Assembly: GCA_965658655.1 (NCBI GenBank)
Contig: CBFHTA010000001.1
Location: 104,722 to 168,721, forward strand
Length of the DNA: 64,000 bases
DNA from: Candidatus Babelota bacterium
Lineage (GTDB): Bacteria; Babelota; Babeliae; Babelales; CAIQNR01
Direction: 5' to 3'
Position numbers and translations under genes: made by a program. The notes beneath the pieces were generated by a model that saw only the letters and a list, made by a program, of their open reading frames with translations, searched no databases and was not told where the DNA came from. Shown in pieces: positions 1 through 10,537 of the stretch (position 1 is the stretch's first letter; every line of letters begins with the position of its first letter).

Positions 1-287
1 TTCATAGTAGAAAAAATCTGAAAAAAGAAAAGAAACGTAGAAAAGAAGACTTCTAAACGCCAACGTAAATACCAAAATCGCCATCTAAGAGGATAAAAAA
101 GTGGCCTCACAGAAAGAGAATAAAAAATAATTCCCTGAATTTCTTGCATAGTCTCAAGCATTGAAGAAGAAAAGACAATAACATTTTTATCTTTTTTTAA
201 ATATTGTATAACCCCAAGAGCATGACCTATTGATCCTCCAATATTAATAGAAACTTCACAGATATCAGTACGAAGATAAAGTATCAT
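1..287 (-). CDS. Glycosyltransferase family 4-like protein, 5' part (runs off the window edge; absent from the ORF track)
   Basis: ATG at 287 overlaps the wzt TGA (ATGA). Manual translation MILYLRTDICEVSINIGGSIGHALGV...LRWRLEVFFSTFLFFFQ is a clear paralog of 3183..3815. Confidence 0.8.
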   Translation of the reverse strand, partial: MILYLRTDICEVSINIGGSIGHALGVIQYLKKDKNVIVFSSSMLETMQEIQGIIFYSLSVRPLFYPLRWRFWYLRWRLEVFFSTFLFFFQIFSTM

Positions 288-1543
288 TGTAAAGCTATAT
301 CCCATTTAAATGGTAAATTAATGATGCCTTTATTCGGCCATAAAAAATCCTGTGAAGTTCTTGCATCTAATGAAACCGAAAATGTAATTATTTTATGCAA
401 ACGAGTAATAAGATTACTTTTAAGAATTTCTCCTTTTACCCCTGCATTAGCAAATTCTAATGTAATACTATATGAACCCGGCTGCAAAACATCTTTAGGA
501 ATGGAACAAATACTTTTATACTGAGCTGCATCTCGTTGAGAATTAGAAAAAAAAGTCTCAGAAGACTCAACAGTCATCGATAAAAGTTCATTCGACGCAT
601 TGTATAAATAAATAATAACTGCAATCCGTGCGTTGTTTTTCTTAATTTTATATAAAATTTCTATTTCTATAGGCTCAGAGGAGGAAATGACACCTTCTTT
701 ATACGCAGATTGATTTAAAATAGAAATATTACTTAATGCAACAAACTCTGACTTAGAAAATTCTTTTTCAGAAAAATTTACTCGTGCTCCCACTACAGAA
801 GTTAGACCTAAATAATTTTCAATAATACTTTTTGGCAACCCTTGCCCAACAATAGTACTTTTTTCTAAATGCAAAACTTTAGTTGTAAGGCGAGCAACAG
901 TATCCATATTATGAGAAACAAATAAAATAGTGCGCCCTTGTTTACTTATGCCTTCCATAGCTTTTAAACATTTCTTTTCAAATTCATAATCTCCAACAGC
1001 CAACACCTCATCAACTAATAAAATTTCTGGTTGAAGATGAGCTGCAACAGAAAAGGCCAATCTTAATCTCATACCAGATGAATACTTTTTTACAGGCAAA
1101 TCAAGAAATTTTCCTACTCCCGCAAAAGAAACAATTTCATCAAAATGCTTATTAATCTCCCAACGCTTCATACCAAGAATAATACCACTCATAAAAATAT
1201 TTTCTCGACCTGTAAGCTCTGCGTGGAAACCTGTACCAACTTCTAGCAAACTTGCCACCCTTCCTCGAACAATAGCTCTACCAGAAGTGGGTGCGGTTAT
1301 TTTACTTAAAATCTTTAAAAGCGTACTTTTGCCCGAACCATTTTTGCCAATAATCCCCAAGACCTCTCCTTGCTCGACTTCAAAAGAAATATCTTTAAGT
1401 GCATAAAAAGGCTCTTTTTTGGGTCCTTTTGTAAAAAATGACTGCATTTGCCCCGTTAACATTTCACGAAAACTCATACCTTGATCTTGAGCTGTTGCAA
1501 CAGAATACACTTTAGAAAGATTCTCTACTGTAATGGCCTTCAT
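284..1543 (-). CDS. wzt: Polysaccharide ABC exporter ATP-binding subunit with Wzt C-terminal domain
   Basis: Walker A GKNGSGKST, signature YSSGM, Walker B ILLVDEVLAVGD, plus about 170 aa C-terminal extension. Start moved to MKAITV, which follows an AGGGG RBS. Confidence 0.93.
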   Translation of the reverse strand: MKAITVENLSKVYSVATAQDQGMSFREMLTGQMQSFFTKGPKKEPFYALKDISFEVEQGEVLGIIGKNGSGKSTLLKILSKITAPTSGRAIVRGRVASLLEVGTGFHAELTGRENIFMSGIILGMKRWEINKHFDEIVSFAGVGKFLDLPVKKYSSGMRLRLAFSVAAHLQPEILLVDEVLAVGDYEFEKKCLKAMEGISKQGRTILFVSHNMDTVARLTTKVLHLEKSTIVGQGLPKSIIENYLGLTSVVGARVNFSEKEFSKSEFVALSNISILNQSAYKEGVISSSEPIEIEILYKIKKNNARIAVIIYLYNASNELLSMTVESSETFFSNSQRDAAQYKSICSIPKDVLQPGSYSITLEFANAGVKGEILKSNLITRLHKIITFSVSLDARTSQDFLWPNKGIINLPFKWDIALQ

Positions 1544-1550
1544 AATTCCC

Positions 1551-2366
1551 CTATAATGCGTCTGCAAAAGTATCTTGTGCTACTTTAAAATACCAAAGAC
1601 TTATTATTCCAAATACTACCGTTACCGTTAACGAAACAATCATGGATTCTAGCTGCAAAGACTCTCCTAATAACGTCCATCTAAATCCATTGATAACTCC
1701 TACTAGCGGATTTAAACCTAAAAACAATACAAGTTTTTTTGGAACCATCGAAAGACTAAATCCTACAGAAGTACAATACAAACCAAGCTGACTCACAAAG
1801 GGAATAATATGTCTAAAGTCACGATATTTAACTATAAGTGATGCAAACATAAGACTTGTACTTAACGAAACAAACGCAAGCCACCCAAAGAAAAACGGAA
1901 AAAGAACAATCTGCTTGGGTGGCATAAATTGATAACGCAACAAAGATAAAAAAAGATAAAAAATAAAGGAAACCCCAAAGTCTACAGAACTACAGAGAAT
2001 ACGACTTGCAGGCAAAATAATTCGAGGAAAATATACTTTTGAAACTAACTGCTCATTAGCAAGGAAGCTATTACTTGCATACACTAACATATCAACAAAA
2101 AATTGCCACGCTAACATTGCAGAAAATACAATTAAAGGATAAGGAGCAACTGATGATTCTATGCCTGCTATTCGACTAAAAATAACAGTAAAAATAGTAA
2201 CTGTTAAAAGAGGCCTTAAAACAACCCAAGCAATTCCAATTGAGGTCTGTTTATAGTGCACCAAGATATCTCGCCAGCCAAGAAATAAAAAAACTTCTTT
2301 ATAGTTCCAAAGCTCCCGGACAAGCTCTTTCCATGATTTGCGCGATGTTATGATTGTTTCTTGCAT
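1551..2366 (-). CDS. wzm: Polysaccharide ABC exporter permease
   Basis: ABC-2 permease motifs RDILVHYKQTSIGIAW, KVYFPR, YRDFRH, NPL; about 6 TM helices; adjacent to wzt. Confidence 0.93.
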   Translation of the reverse strand: MQETIITSRKSWKELVRELWNYKEVFLFLGWRDILVHYKQTSIGIAWVVLRPLLTVTIFTVIFSRIAGIESSVAPYPLIVFSAMLAWQFFVDMLVYASNSFLANEQLVSKVYFPRIILPASRILCSSVDFGVSFIFYLFLSLLRYQFMPPKQIVLFPFFFGWLAFVSLSTSLMFASLIVKYRDFRHIIPFVSQLGLYCTSVGFSLSMVPKKLVLFLGLNPLVGVINGFRWTLLGESLQLESMIVSLTVTVVFGIISLWYFKVAQDTFADAL

Positions 2367-3199
2367 TATTTAACCTTTTTCGCTTCAATACAAATATACC
2401 ATCCCCACCTTTTTGCTAAAAGGTTTAAAAATGATTGAGGAATATACTTGTACAATCTTCCTATTAGACTCACAGGGGGCAAATCATGAATATCTAACTT
2501 TTCAATCCGTATATCTAAAACTCTAAACCCATTTCCTTCTAAAAGCTCTCTTAAGGAGCTCTTTGTATATACCTTTACATACGGATCACTATCACTCTCT
2601 GTAAATTCAATTTGAGCTAAACGCTGTTCAAATGTTTGCTTCAAAAAACCTCCACAGAGAAGGTAATCCCAAAGCCACAAGTGCAACCAATAAAAAATAG
2701 AGTTTTTGTTATATACCGTAAGCTGTAATGTACCATCCTCAAGGAGGTTATCTTTAATTTTTTTAAAAACAATCTCAATGTGTGGAATATGATGCAGCAC
2801 ACCAAATGAATAGATTAAATCAAATTTTTGATCAAATTCTAATTCCTCTGCATCTAGTTCGTGAATTTTTGCTTTTAATCCATAAAAAGATAAATGCTTC
2901 TTGGTCCGTTCAATATTTTCGGGAACAATGTCTATACCGGTATATTCAGCACCATACTTGCAAAACATATAAGCGTCGTAGCCCGCTCCACAACCAATTT
3001 CTAAAACTCGTTTACCTTTCCATTTTGGATAGTCAACAAGGTCAATTAGAAAATCGTGTTCTTTACCAAATCGTTCTTGTAAAACTTTTTCAAAAAATGC
3101 TTTGGTTCCAGGCTTTAAATCTTTAGCATGAGTAGTTCCTGCGGGATTTGCTCCCCACACATTTTTGGTTGCTTCTTTAATATTAGACTGTTGCCGCAT
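2366..3199 (-). CDS. Class I SAM-dependent methyltransferase
   Basis: VLEIGCGAG motif I; FDLIYSFGVLHH. Confidence 0.9.
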   Translation of the reverse strand: MRQQSNIKEATKNVWGANPAGTTHAKDLKPGTKAFFEKVLQERFGKEHDFLIDLVDYPKWKGKRVLEIGCGAGYDAYMFCKYGAEYTGIDIVPENIERTKKHLSFYGLKAKIHELDAEELEFDQKFDLIYSFGVLHHIPHIEIVFKKIKDNLLEDGTLQLTVYNKNSIFYWLHLWLWDYLLCGGFLKQTFEQRLAQIEFTESDSDPYVKVYTKSSLRELLEGNGFRVLDIRIEKLDIHDLPPVSLIGRLYKYIPQSFLNLLAKRWGWYICIEAKKVK

Positions 3200-3815
3200 G
3201 TCTTACACTCATTTTTTTAGAAATATACACATTCGCGTCAACACCATTTGGATTTACCAAAATTCGCTGCTTTGATACTCCACGGTCGACTAACTCTTCT
3301 TTAAGAACCTGTGATACAACAACAATGGTATTGGCATTTTGTATATTTAATAATTCTACTTTTTTCATTAACCATTCAAATGTTAGCCACCGCTTTTTTG
3401 CAATCCAGTTACTTGCAATCCATGCTTCTGATCCATTGTATTCCAAAATAAGTTTTTTTTTGTAAACCCATTTTAAAAGTACACCAGTCATATTTAACAA
3501 ACTATATCTTTGATACATAAAAAGTACATCCCCTTTTTTAAGCAATTCCCTAACTTGAAAAAAGAAAAAAAAAGAAGATAAAAAAGAATTTATTTTCCAA
3601 CGCAAAAACCTTAACCATTCAGGATTATAAAGCTTTACACATTGTTTTAGATTTTGTTTCTTGAGAAGTCCTTGCATACACGAAGATGCACAGAGAACTT
3701 CATAACCTAAGTCTGTAAATCCTTGAAGCACGCCCAGTGTATGAGCAACCGACCCACCAGCTATAAGCTCTTCATCGCAAATATCGGTCCTTAAATACAA
3801 AATTGTTTTATTCAT
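3183..3815 (-). CDS. GT4 N-terminal domain only (no C-terminal donor-binding domain)
   Basis: ATG at 3815 overlaps the asnB TAA. Contains YQRYSL, ILEYNGSE, IVVVSQ, VNPNGVD, then ends after about 210 aa. Confidence 0.75.
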   Translation of the reverse strand: MNKTILYLRTDICDEELIAGGSVAHTLGVLQGFTDLGYEVLCASSCMQGLLKKQNLKQCVKLYNPEWLRFLRWKINSFLSSFFFFFQVRELLKKGDVLFMYQRYSLLNMTGVLLKWVYKKKLILEYNGSEAWIASNWIAKKRWLTFEWLMKKVELLNIQNANTIVVVSQVLKEELVDRGVSKQRILVNPNGVDANVYISKKMSVRHAATV

Positions 3816-5767
3816 TAAAAAACCTGAGTTGCCATTACATTTTGCAAAATCCATAACTGCACTGAATAATCTCTATCTTGTCTTTGAGTCTCTTGCATAA
3901 GGCGATTGATTTCTTGCTTGCCAAATACAGCGTTTAAGCTGTGTTGCTTAGTTGAAAGCATATCTTTAAAGTAGGGCTTAAAGTACTTTCCAGATTTAAA
4001 CCAACGAGTAATTGGTGCTGCGAATCCCATTTTTTTTCTATAAATAACATCATGTGGCAAGATATCTTCAGCTGTTTTCTTAAGAAGATATTTAGTCATT
4101 TTATTGTTGTATTTAAACTTAGTTGGAACTTGGAGCGCAAACTCAACATGCTTGTGATCCAAGAACGGAACCCGCCCTTCTACCGAGGTTGCCATAGTCA
4201 TTTTGTCTACACGCATTAATAAAAGCTCAGGCAAACGTTGTTTAAACTCTAAGTAGATCATTGATTTTAAAAAATCTGCTGATGGATCAATGGAATACAA
4301 CTTTTTGAGATGATAATCAACAATGGCATAACTATCTAAACGTTGATCAATCCCCGGATAAATCTTTTCTAAGATAGGATCGAACTCTTCTTGTGGTGCT
4401 GGCATAATAGACTTTTTCCAATCTTCTGAAAAAGCCAGTGCTCCGCTCCAGAACAAGTGTCGGCCTGATGCCCACTGCTCGAGCAATGCTAAATGATATT
4501 TTTTTGATGGAAAAACTTGCGCAGCTAACCATGACCCTGATTTCTTAACTGCCTGAGGAATAAAACGAGCAGGCTGATAATACTTACGATAAGCCTCTAA
4601 ATAGTTAGCATAGTTTTGATAACCGCAATAAAGCTCATCTGCTCCTTCACCCACTTGCACCACCGTTGTTCCAGAATCTTTGAGTAATTTTGCTACATAA
4701 TAAAGGGGAACACAAACACAATCGGCAATTGGTTCATCTTGATGGTGAACCATCTTTTCAAAAAAATCGAAAGCCTCTTTTTCTGAAATAGAAATTTCGT
4801 AATGCTCCGTGTTAAATTTTTTAGCAACTTTACGAGCCCACTCAACTTCTGCGTACTCAGGACCATCAGAGAATGCTACATTAAACGTTTTAACACGATC
4901 AGTAAATTGAGACATTAAGGCTACATTTAAGCTCGAATCAACACCACCAGACAAAAAGACCCCAAAGGGGACATCCGCCATCATGCGCTTTTGAATAGAG
5001 TCTGTCAGTAATTTCTTTGTTTTATCTATACAAAATTGCTCACTATTTAAATCCACTCGATCATAATGAGTTTCTGGAAGAAGTGGATTATACCATTCAT
5101 GAAAAGTCATTTCTCGCTTTTCATCAATCTTTGCGTAATACCCAGAAGGCATTTTATATACGCCTTGGTACAAAGTCAGTGGCGCAGGCGTAACCATGTA
5201 CGTTAAATAATGGTAGAGCCCACGCTGGTTCAATTTCGATTTTAACCAGGGTAATTTCCACAAGGCTTTAATTTCTGAGGCAAAACTTATATGACCACCA
5301 TCCAAAGAAAAATAGAGCGGCTTGATGCCAATACGGTCGCGAACCAGATACCACTCATTTTTTTTTAAGTCTCCTAAAGCTCCCGCAAACATTCCCTCAA
5401 GTTTATCTAAGCAAGCAATGCCCCACTCTTTAAAAGCATACAAAAACACCTCTGTATCGGCATTAGATTTAAATTCATGGCCCAAAGCCTCTAGTTCTTT
5501 ACGCAAGGATTTGTAGTTGTAAATTTCACCATTAAAACAAATAACTACGGACTTATCAGCATCAAACATTGGTTGAGTTCCAGCCTTTGAAAGATCAATG
5601 ATGCTTAAACGCCGATGAACCAAAGCTACCTCTAAAGCTTGTGAACTCCAGATCCCAAAACCATCTGGACCGCGATGCTCTATGCTTTTATGTAATTGAT
5701 TAAGTATTTCTTTCTCGGCGGTAAAAATACCCGGCTTAGTTGAAAAATAACCTGCGAATCCACACAT
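3815..5767 (-). CDS. asnB: Asparagine synthase-family (glutamine-hydrolysing) amidotransferase, probably amidating a polysaccharide sugar
   Basis: MCGFAG N-terminus, HRGPD, RRLSIIDL, FNGEIYN, LSGGVDSS, GEGADE, RVPFLD. Confidence 0.92.
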   Translation of the reverse strand: MCGFAGYFSTKPGIFTAEKEILNQLHKSIEHRGPDGFGIWSSQALEVALVHRRLSIIDLSKAGTQPMFDADKSVVICFNGEIYNYKSLRKELEALGHEFKSNADTEVFLYAFKEWGIACLDKLEGMFAGALGDLKKNEWYLVRDRIGIKPLYFSLDGGHISFASEIKALWKLPWLKSKLNQRGLYHYLTYMVTPAPLTLYQGVYKMPSGYYAKIDEKREMTFHEWYNPLLPETHYDRVDLNSEQFCIDKTKKLLTDSIQKRMMADVPFGVFLSGGVDSSLNVALMSQFTDRVKTFNVAFSDGPEYAEVEWARKVAKKFNTEHYEISISEKEAFDFFEKMVHHQDEPIADCVCVPLYYVAKLLKDSGTTVVQVGEGADELYCGYQNYANYLEAYRKYYQPARFIPQAVKKSGSWLAAQVFPSKKYHLALLEQWASGRHLFWSGALAFSEDWKKSIMPAPQEEFDPILEKIYPGIDQRLDSYAIVDYHLKKLYSIDPSADFLKSMIYLEFKQRLPELLLMRVDKMTMATSVEGRVPFLDHKHVEFALQVPTKFKYNNKMTKYLLKKTAEDILPHDVIYRKKMGFAAPITRWFKSGKYFKPYFKDMLSTKQHSLNAVFGKQEINRLMQETQRQDRDYSVQLWILQNVMATQVF

Positions 5768-5775
5768 ATGCTTTC

Positions 5776-6795
5776 CTACAAATAATCTTCGTGATGATCT
5801 TTCTTAAGAATATCAATTACTCGTTTAACTTTTTCTACATGGTCTCTATGAACAACAAGGAAAATGTCATCTTTTTGGACAACGCAAATATTTTCTACCC
5901 CCACTAACGCAACTAAGAAATCTGATGCCTCCACTAAATTGTCTTTTGCATCAATTTCTATAATCGTACTTTCTTTTTCTTGCTCTCCTCTTAAAGATAA
6001 GAACGTATCGAGGTTACCAACATCGCACCACACAAAATCTGCGGGCAAAACTGCGCGTTTAATAGTTTGTTCTATTACGGCATAATCAATAGAAATAGAA
6101 GGAACCGCAGCGTAATCTCCTGACCCATGAACAAAATGGGCAACTGCTTCAAACACTTCTGGTGCCGCTTCTTGGCAAATGGTTAAAAAACTTTTTACGT
6201 GTGCTACAAACATGCCGCTATTCCAAAGGTAACCTTTTTCTATATAGTCTTTTGCCAAATCTACGTCTGGTTTCTCATGAAAGGCATGAACTGGTGCAGG
6301 GAACGTTGCTGTTTTATCGTACGAAATATAGCCATACCCTGTCACAGGATAAGAAGGCTTTAATCCCATCATGGTAATTACGTCATTCTGAGATGCAAAA
6401 TCAACAACATGGCCCATAAACTCTAAAAATTTATCCGTCTGCGGAATATAGTGATCAGCAGGTAAAAACATAAGAGTTGCATCTGGATCTCGTTCTTCTA
6501 CCATTAATGCTGCCAAAATCATTGCTCCTGCGGTGTTTCGAGCTTCTGGCTCAACCAAAATATGAGCAGCTAATCGCTCAATTGTTTGCCCAATAGCTTC
6601 TTCGTGTTCTTGCGTGGTCATAACCCAACGATTTTCAAAGGGAACGACAGGAACAATTCGTTCAATTGTCTGCTCTAGCAATGATTTATGTTTAACAAAA
6701 GGCAAAAGCTGCTTAGGACGTTTTTTCCTAGTCAAAGGCCACAATCGATCTCCACTGCCACCTGCTAAAATAATACTATGCACATTCGTATTCAT
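5776..6795 (-). CDS. manC: Mannose-1-phosphate guanylyltransferase
   Basis: ILAGGSGDRLWP, PKQ, EPEARNT, PADH, FHEKP, WNSGMF, SIDYAV, WCDVG. Confidence 0.9.
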   Translation of the reverse strand: MNTNVHSIILAGGSGDRLWPLTRKKRPKQLLPFVKHKSLLEQTIERIVPVVPFENRWVMTTQEHEEAIGQTIERLAAHILVEPEARNTAGAMILAALMVEERDPDATLMFLPADHYIPQTDKFLEFMGHVVDFASQNDVITMMGLKPSYPVTGYGYISYDKTATFPAPVHAFHEKPDVDLAKDYIEKGYLWNSGMFVAHVKSFLTICQEAAPEVFEAVAHFVHGSGDYAAVPSISIDYAVIEQTIKRAVLPADFVWCDVGNLDTFLSLRGEQEKESTIIEIDAKDNLVEASDFLVALVGVENICVVQKDDIFLVVHRDHVEKVKRVIDILKKDHHEDYL

Positions 6796-6982
6796 ACTCT
6801 CTCTCCGTTTTTTGTATTATTTTGTACACTTGATACAGACCAACAAGTGTTACAGCCAACAGCAACAGCTCCACCATCATTCTCAAACGAGCACATCCAT
6901 CTGGCCCTGTAATGAATAAAAAACATCCTAAATAAGAGGTTATAAACAAAAAAACATAACACTTGTTGCAAGATTCATGCAC
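6776..6982 (-). CDS. Possible small two-TM membrane protein
   Basis: Fills the gap between co-oriented operon genes; two hydrophobic stretches; AAAGGG upstream. Confidence 0.35.
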   Translation of the reverse strand: MHESCNKCYVFLFITSYLGCFLFITGPDGCARLRMMVELLLLAVTLVGLYQVYKIIQKTEREYEYECA

Positions 6983-7006
6983 ATAGTCAACACGTTCGTC
7001 CCTTTT

Positions 7007-9178
7007 TTATTCCGCTACTACTTCCTTAGTTCCACCGCCGCGACATGCTAAGTCATCGATTGTCAGTGTTAATTCTGACACCGTATTAAGACGTTTTAAA
7101 TCAATAGGCATCACTCTTTTTTCTTTTTTTAAACTTTCAAAGAATTTATTCATCAAGATTTCGTGACCTTTATCCTGTGACTGCATTGTTTCATTAAATC
7201 CAGGAGAAGTACCAAACCCTTTGAGAGTTTTATAATCATCCATCACAATAGATTTTGAATCAAAGAACACTTCCATACGCTCTTTACCAAGACCAGAGTG
7301 TCCAATTGCTGTGTACAATAAAGAACAAATAGAACCATCATCAAAACTAATTTGCACAGAGAAATTATCTGTTGGAAACAGGTTGTCTCCCTGTGGCTTG
7401 AGCGCTTCAACTGATACAGAAGATGGATTAGCTCCTGTTAAAAAACAGAATAAATCAAAAATATGACACGCTTCACCAATAATTCGACCTGCTCCAATAT
7501 CTGTTTGCACCCAATGATCAGCTGTAATATATCCAGCATTCATACGATATTGAATAACAAGCGGCGTCTTACGCTCTGAAACTTCCCACTTAATCTTTTG
7601 AACAAACGGCGCAAAAGAACGGTTATAATCTACACAGAAAGGTGCCGTTGGGTTATTTGCCAAAAACTCACTCAATTGCTTATGCTGCTCAAAAGTTGTA
7701 ACCATTGGCTTTTCAACAAATACCGCTTTGCCATAAGACAATGCATTAATTATTTGATCGCAATGAAACTTATGAGGAGACGCAATAACAAGCGCATCAA
7801 CTAAATCTTCTTCAAATAGTTCCCTATCATCAACCAGCGCTTTAGCTGGTCCATACGTCCTACTTGTATTCTCTGCAACCGTAATATTTGCATCAACAAT
7901 TGCAGAAATCTTCACACCTGGAATATTTTTCACCAAAGGTAAAAGCTTTACCTGAGCAAACCCTCCTACCCCGACAAAGCCTACTCTTAGAGAATCTTTA
8001 ATTGCAGGAATAAAGGTAATATTTTTTTGTGGAAGTGGTTCATGAACCGTAGGAATAAAAGATTCATCTTCTTTAGGAGTATAACGAATAACAACACCTA
8101 AAGCCTTTTGCTCTTGAATCAATTCATACGCTTTGGCAACATCATCTACATGAAACTCATGTGTAATAAGTTTATCGAGCGATAATTTATTTTGAGCAAT
8201 AAGCTGAGTGATTGCTTGCATATTTCGATTCTCTGTCCAGCGAACATAGTCGTAAGGATAATCCTTTCCATCAATTTCGTATGACTTGTCATAACGGCCA
8301 GGACCATAAGAACACGAAATAAGAAAGTCTATTTCTTTCTTATACATAGGATTACGTTGCAAGTTTAATCCTACATCACCAACCACAACAACTTTACCTT
8401 TGCGACGAGTAATTTCCATTGCTTGCTGCACTACTTCATTGCTTGCTGTAGCAGCAGTAATAATGGTACAATCAACGCCATGATGATTCGTTAAAAAATC
8501 TAATTCTTTTTTTAACCCTTCACCACCTTTATACACATAATCGGCACCCAAATCTTTTGCAGTATCAAGACGGTCTTGCAAGAGATCAACACCTATAACA
8601 GTAGCTCCTGCATTTTTTGCAAGCTGAACGGTTACTTGCCCTAAAAGTCCTAACCCTACCACGCAAACCGTTTCTCCTAGCTGAATTTGGGCTCGACGGA
8701 GACCTTGTAATGCAATAGAACCAATTGTAGTAATACTTGCATTTCTTACAGCATCTTTTTTTGGAACTGTAACGGCTAAATGCTCTGGAATACAAACCAC
8801 ATCAGCATGATTAGCCCACCCTGCTCCAGCGCAAGCAACATAATCACCAGGTCTAAACTGTGTTACTTTTTTACCAACAGCAATTACTTTTCCTGAGCAA
8901 GAATAGCCCAAAGCTTGGAGGGTTCCTTTTAATCTGCTCTCTACAAGAGCTCGTGTTCCTTGAACACCATGAGTAGCTAAAGACTTCAAAACGGCTTTTA
9001 TCTTTTGAGGAACATTACTCAGAAGAGGATTTTGAGCTGCATTTGCAATAGTAGCCGCCTCGGTTCCTGAACTAATAAAAGAATAATGCACAGAAACAAG
9101 CAATGCATTATCTGAAAGATGTGGTTGGGCTACTTTTTGAACAATCAGTTTTCCATTTTCTAAAAACACTTGTCTCAT
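7007..9178 (-). CDS. Bi-domain oxidoreductase (MDR-type dehydrogenase fused to Gfo/Idh/MocA)
   Basis: SFISSGTE, LGYSCSG, GLGLLG, SYGPGRYD, RWTENRNM, then GVGGFA, FVEKPM, GRIIGEACH. This architecture is typical of polysaccharide loci. Confidence 0.88.
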   Translation of the reverse strand: MRQVFLENGKLIVQKVAQPHLSDNALLVSVHYSFISSGTEAATIANAAQNPLLSNVPQKIKAVLKSLATHGVQGTRALVESRLKGTLQALGYSCSGKVIAVGKKVTQFRPGDYVACAGAGWANHADVVCIPEHLAVTVPKKDAVRNASITTIGSIALQGLRRAQIQLGETVCVVGLGLLGQVTVQLAKNAGATVIGVDLLQDRLDTAKDLGADYVYKGGEGLKKELDFLTNHHGVDCTIITAATASNEVVQQAMEITRRKGKVVVVGDVGLNLQRNPMYKKEIDFLISCSYGPGRYDKSYEIDGKDYPYDYVRWTENRNMQAITQLIAQNKLSLDKLITHEFHVDDVAKAYELIQEQKALGVVIRYTPKEDESFIPTVHEPLPQKNITFIPAIKDSLRVGFVGVGGFAQVKLLPLVKNIPGVKISAIVDANITVAENTSRTYGPAKALVDDRELFEEDLVDALVIASPHKFHCDQIINALSYGKAVFVEKPMVTTFEQHKQLSEFLANNPTAPFCVDYNRSFAPFVQKIKWEVSERKTPLVIQYRMNAGYITADHWVQTDIGAGRIIGEACHIFDLFCFLTGANPSSVSVEALKPQGDNLFPTDNFSVQISFDDGSICSLLYTAIGHSGLGKERMEVFFDSKSIVMDDYKTLKGFGTSPGFNETMQSQDKGHEILMNKFFESLKKEKRVMPIDLKRLNTVSELTLTIDDLACRGGGTKEVVAE

Positions 9179-10527
9179 TTTTCTCTCTCTTTCTCTGATG
9201 AATTCGAAAAACCATAGTGTCTATTTTTATGTTCACTATCGCTTGTTTTTCCTGATGTTGGCCAATAAAACTGCTCTTGCTCTGCAGACTGTTGCCGATC
9301 CACATGAAACAATCCGCAAAAATCTAATACTTTTTTGTGAGCTAATATCTTTTTATCTAAAACCTTAAATTGACTATGGGCAACCAAGCAAACAATAACA
9401 TCCGCATCATTAACCCCGTCAAGCAACGAAACCGCCTTTGAACCTAAAGGAGTGCCTAACCTTTCTTTAGTAACATGTGGTTCACAAATTGTTACCTTTA
9501 CATCGTTAAATGTTTCTAATTTTTCTGCAATTTGAAAAGCTGGAGATTGGCGCAAATCATCTACATCGGGTTTATACGTTGCTCCAAGTATTAATATTTT
9601 ACATGATTTTTGATGAGTAATTTTCCATTTTTGAGCAACCTTAAGAATAGCTCCTAAAACTTCACGGGGTTTATTTTCATTAACCAAACGAGCCGTTTCT
9701 AACAACTTTGTATGCTCTGGAAAACTTTCAACTAAAAACCATGGGTCTACTGCTAAACAATGCCCTCCTACTCCGCAAGTAGGACGCAATAAGTTTACTC
9801 GAGGGTGCTTATTAGCAAGCTCTATTACTTCGTAAGGATCAATCCCAATACTATAAGCCATAGATGCAACTTGATGAGAAACCGCAATATTTACATCTCG
9901 ATAACTATTTTCAACAAGCTTGATCATTTCAGCTGTTTCAGCATTCGTTAAATATAAATCGCCACTCACAAAATATTTATAAAATGATGCAACGCGACGA
10001 GTCGACCCTCTATCTAAACCACCAATAACACGATCGTTAACTTTTAATTCATGGAAAATATTTCCCGGCAAAACTCGTTCTGGACAATGTGCCACAAAGA
10101 AATCTACACCAAAATCAAGACCTGTTTTCTCAGCGAGAAAGTTCGAAAGGTTTTTTGTAGTTCCTACAGGAACGGTCGACTCTAGAATAACAGTGTCGCC
10201 CTTTTTCAATACACTTGAAATTGAAGTTGCCGCCGAGAAAACAAAGGATAAATCAGCTTTTTTATCTTTAGTAAAAGGAGTAGGCACAGCAATAATAAAG
10301 TAATCTGCCTCTTCATAAATCTGAGAAGCTTTAAATGATTTTTTACTTAAAACATTGTGAAGCTTCTCTACAATCTCTGGTTCCTCAATAACTGGGCAAC
10401 ATTTATTGATACAGTCAATGCGATCTCCATCAATATCAACTCCTACCACTTCGAGCCCCGATTCCGCTGCTACAATGGCGGTAGGTAGTCCAATATATCC
10501 CAGACCCACAACACACACTTTCTTCAT
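9175..10527 (-). CDS. wecC: UDP-N-acetyl-D-mannosamine dehydrogenase
   Basis: GLGYIGLPTA, AVPTP, ESTVPVGTT, CPERVLPG, KLVENSYRDVNIA, GVGGHCLAVDPWF. Confidence 0.9.
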   Translation of the reverse strand: MKKVCVVGLGYIGLPTAIVAAESGLEVVGVDIDGDRIDCINKCCPVIEEPEIVEKLHNVLSKKSFKASQIYEEADYFIIAVPTPFTKDKKADLSFVFSAATSISSVLKKGDTVILESTVPVGTTKNLSNFLAEKTGLDFGVDFFVAHCPERVLPGNIFHELKVNDRVIGGLDRGSTRRVASFYKYFVSGDLYLTNAETAEMIKLVENSYRDVNIAVSHQVASMAYSIGIDPYEVIELANKHPRVNLLRPTCGVGGHCLAVDPWFLVESFPEHTKLLETARLVNENKPREVLGAILKVAQKWKITHQKSCKILILGATYKPDVDDLRQSPAFQIAEKLETFNDVKVTICEPHVTKERLGTPLGSKAVSLLDGVNDADVIVCLVAHSQFKVLDKKILAHKKVLDFCGLFHVDRQQSAEQEQFYWPTSGKTSDSEHKNRHYGFSNSSEKEREK

Positions 10528-10537
10528 TGCTTCCTCT

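Noticed and set aside
3183..3220. Frameshift fusion of the half-GT to the methyltransferase at the A7 run
   Set aside because: The methyltransferase frame has a TAA two codons upstream of its ATG, which blocks the fusion.
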